A stretch of DNA of 63,744 nt, filler included, from Octopus bimaculoides (taxonomy: Eukaryota), in NCBI RefSeq assembly GCF_001194135.2. It is 9 parts of 8 records of this genome, joined end to end, with 100 filler letters (N's around TTAATTAATTAA, not from the genome) between each part and the next. Parts side by side here need not be neighbours in the genome. Positions count along the whole stretch, not along the records: positions 60,048 to 62,242 come from NW_026420770.1; positions 62,343 to 63,744 come from NW_026386653.1; 7 more parts are not named here. One strand, written 5' to 3'. The position numbers were made by a program, and so were the translations under genes. This document shows positions 62,086 through 63,744 of this stretch, one piece after another (position 1 is the stretch's first letter; each line of letters begins with the position of its first letter). A model generated the notes under the pieces. That model was not told the DNA's origin. It made no database searches and worked only from the letters and a program-made list of their open reading frames with translations.

Positions 62086-63744
62086 TCTACGTAGAAGAAC
62101 TAAATGTATATACGTAGGTAAGGTAAATATTCCCGCATAAACAATAGATAGAATGTGAAAAATAAAAATCACTGGGCAAGTAACGATTAAGCACTAATAC
62201 ATATGAATAAGCAGCACAGAAGCTCGAATACACCCATACATGNNNNNNNNNNNNNNNNNNNNNNNNNNNNNNNNNNNNNNNNNNNNTTAATTAATTAANN
62301 NNNNNNNNNNNNNNNNNNNNNNNNNNNNNNNNNNNNNNNNNNCAATTATCGATTCGATAGTTAGGGACATTTAACTCAAACATTTAACTAGACATTTAAC
62401 TAGAATTTCTAGTAAATGAAGAAATATTTAAACAGAATGAAACGTACTATAATTTGGCTTTAGCTAGAAATGGTTACGCTGATAAATTCAGTATATTGTG
62501 GATGTGGATAGTAGGAAGGAACATAGGAACAGGGAACTATATAAACAAATGACTGTTGATAGTGACCATAGTAGTGATAGAAATAAAGATAAGGTATACG
62601 ATGAAAATTATTGGCAAAAGGAAATGTAGTGCAGTGAGGATATTAGGTGAAAATAACGAAGCTCTAAATAGTAGATCAAATATGAGATCTCAGTGAATAA
62701 ACCCAGAATTAAACCATTCTAGCGAATAGGTTACAAGTGGACTATGATAAAAATAAAAATAAAAATAAAAATAAAAGAGATTCCCACATGGAGTATGAGT
62801 GTGCGTCTTCTTGCAATGTTATCAATGGCAATGTACAAAACAATTGATATAGCAATACTAACNNNNNNNNNNAATCTTGATCCAAAAAAAGGAGAGCATA
62901 TAAAGAATGATTACCTAGTATAAAGCTCCATTTGGGGGCTCAAGTACCAATTACCAAGCAATTTTTTCATCCACTGAACAGGCATTTTCGCCACTTCAAT
63001 CAAATATAGTTGTATAGTTAACAAGTCTGTTAAATATGCAAACTCAGCCACAAATAACATAGCTAAGATTATTGAAGTAAAGGAATTNNNNNNNNNNNNN
63101 NNNNNNNNNNNNNNNNNNNNNNNNNNNNNNNNNNNNNNNNNNNNNNNNNNATCTAGTCCATGTAAAGAAAGCATCTTCATGTCAAAAGTGTCCAATTGTG
63201 ACATGGAGTAGGGTGTTACTATAACATCTTATATAAGTAATAGGAGGAATGTGAACCTCTCGAATGAAAACTGATTATTAGATGAATTATCGTGAAACAT
63301 TCATTAATCTCCGAGATTGCACTTTAGATGACGGTAGAGCAATATTCCGTAGGTGTGAATTGACAGAATTTAAAGTAGTATGTTGAGTTGTATCTAGAGT
63401 AATTGACATAAGCAGTGTAATGAAATGATTTGTAGAACCACTATTTCATCATGATGGACTAATTAAGTGTTAACGTCTAATCAATTGTGAAAAACAAAGT
63501 GAGACAAATGAAATAAAAATATCTGTATTTAACTGAAGAACGATAATGAAGAAATATCATAACTGAATTCTCTAAGATGTTGAAGATCTTGATTTCATTA
63601 TACTTTTAATACTTTATTTCCCCTCTCTGACTAATGCAGTTTAGTGTTGAATGTTAAAAAAAGAAAAACTCAAAAGAAAACGTAATACCGGAAGTAGAAT
63701 TTGATAGCGCTTATATTTTGGGTATATATTTTTGTTCGAAATTC

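Noticed and set aside
62911-63204. 97-aa minus ORF with FAYLTDL, faintly hAT-transposase-like
   Set aside because: Broken by a gap, and the similarity rests on one short motif; not enough to call.

Overview
AT-rich, microsatellite-dense animal genomic DNA with many N gaps. It is most likely a coleoid cephalopod (an Octopus draft assembly); this is inferred from the tRNA-derived SINE families, repeat landscape and gene content, not from a database search. Two host genes are supported. (1) An Sp6-9 (Sp8/Sp9-type) zinc-finger transcription factor on the minus strand: one large coding exon at 2038-4356 with Sp box, buttonhead box and three C2H2 fingers; its short first exon is not firmly located. 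(2) Two plus-strand exons (53147-53384, 55162-55335) of an ABCA-subfamily (ABCA3-like) transporter. The ~48 kb between them is noncoding and holds several SINE families, mariner/Tc1 relics and MITEs, a Helentron-type MITE, Penelope-like fragments, R4/Dong fragments each abutting a (TAA)n tract, RTE and CR1-like LINE relics, and four long fold-back palindromes. The most interesting signal is a ~348-bp-period tandem repeat (24435-24945) whose junction folds into a type I hammerhead ribozyme, the architecture of a non-LTR retrozyme or Penelope terminal repeat; three more degenerate hammerhead-like motifs occur in other repeat families. A CpG-depleted block (~51-60 kb) around the ABCA exons contrasts with the CpG-retaining Sp6-9 domain. 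No CRISPR array, rRNA or genuine tRNA gene was seen. Most ORFs in the supplied track are microsatellite or gap artefacts. Repeat boundaries are by eye and approximate unless motifs are quoted.
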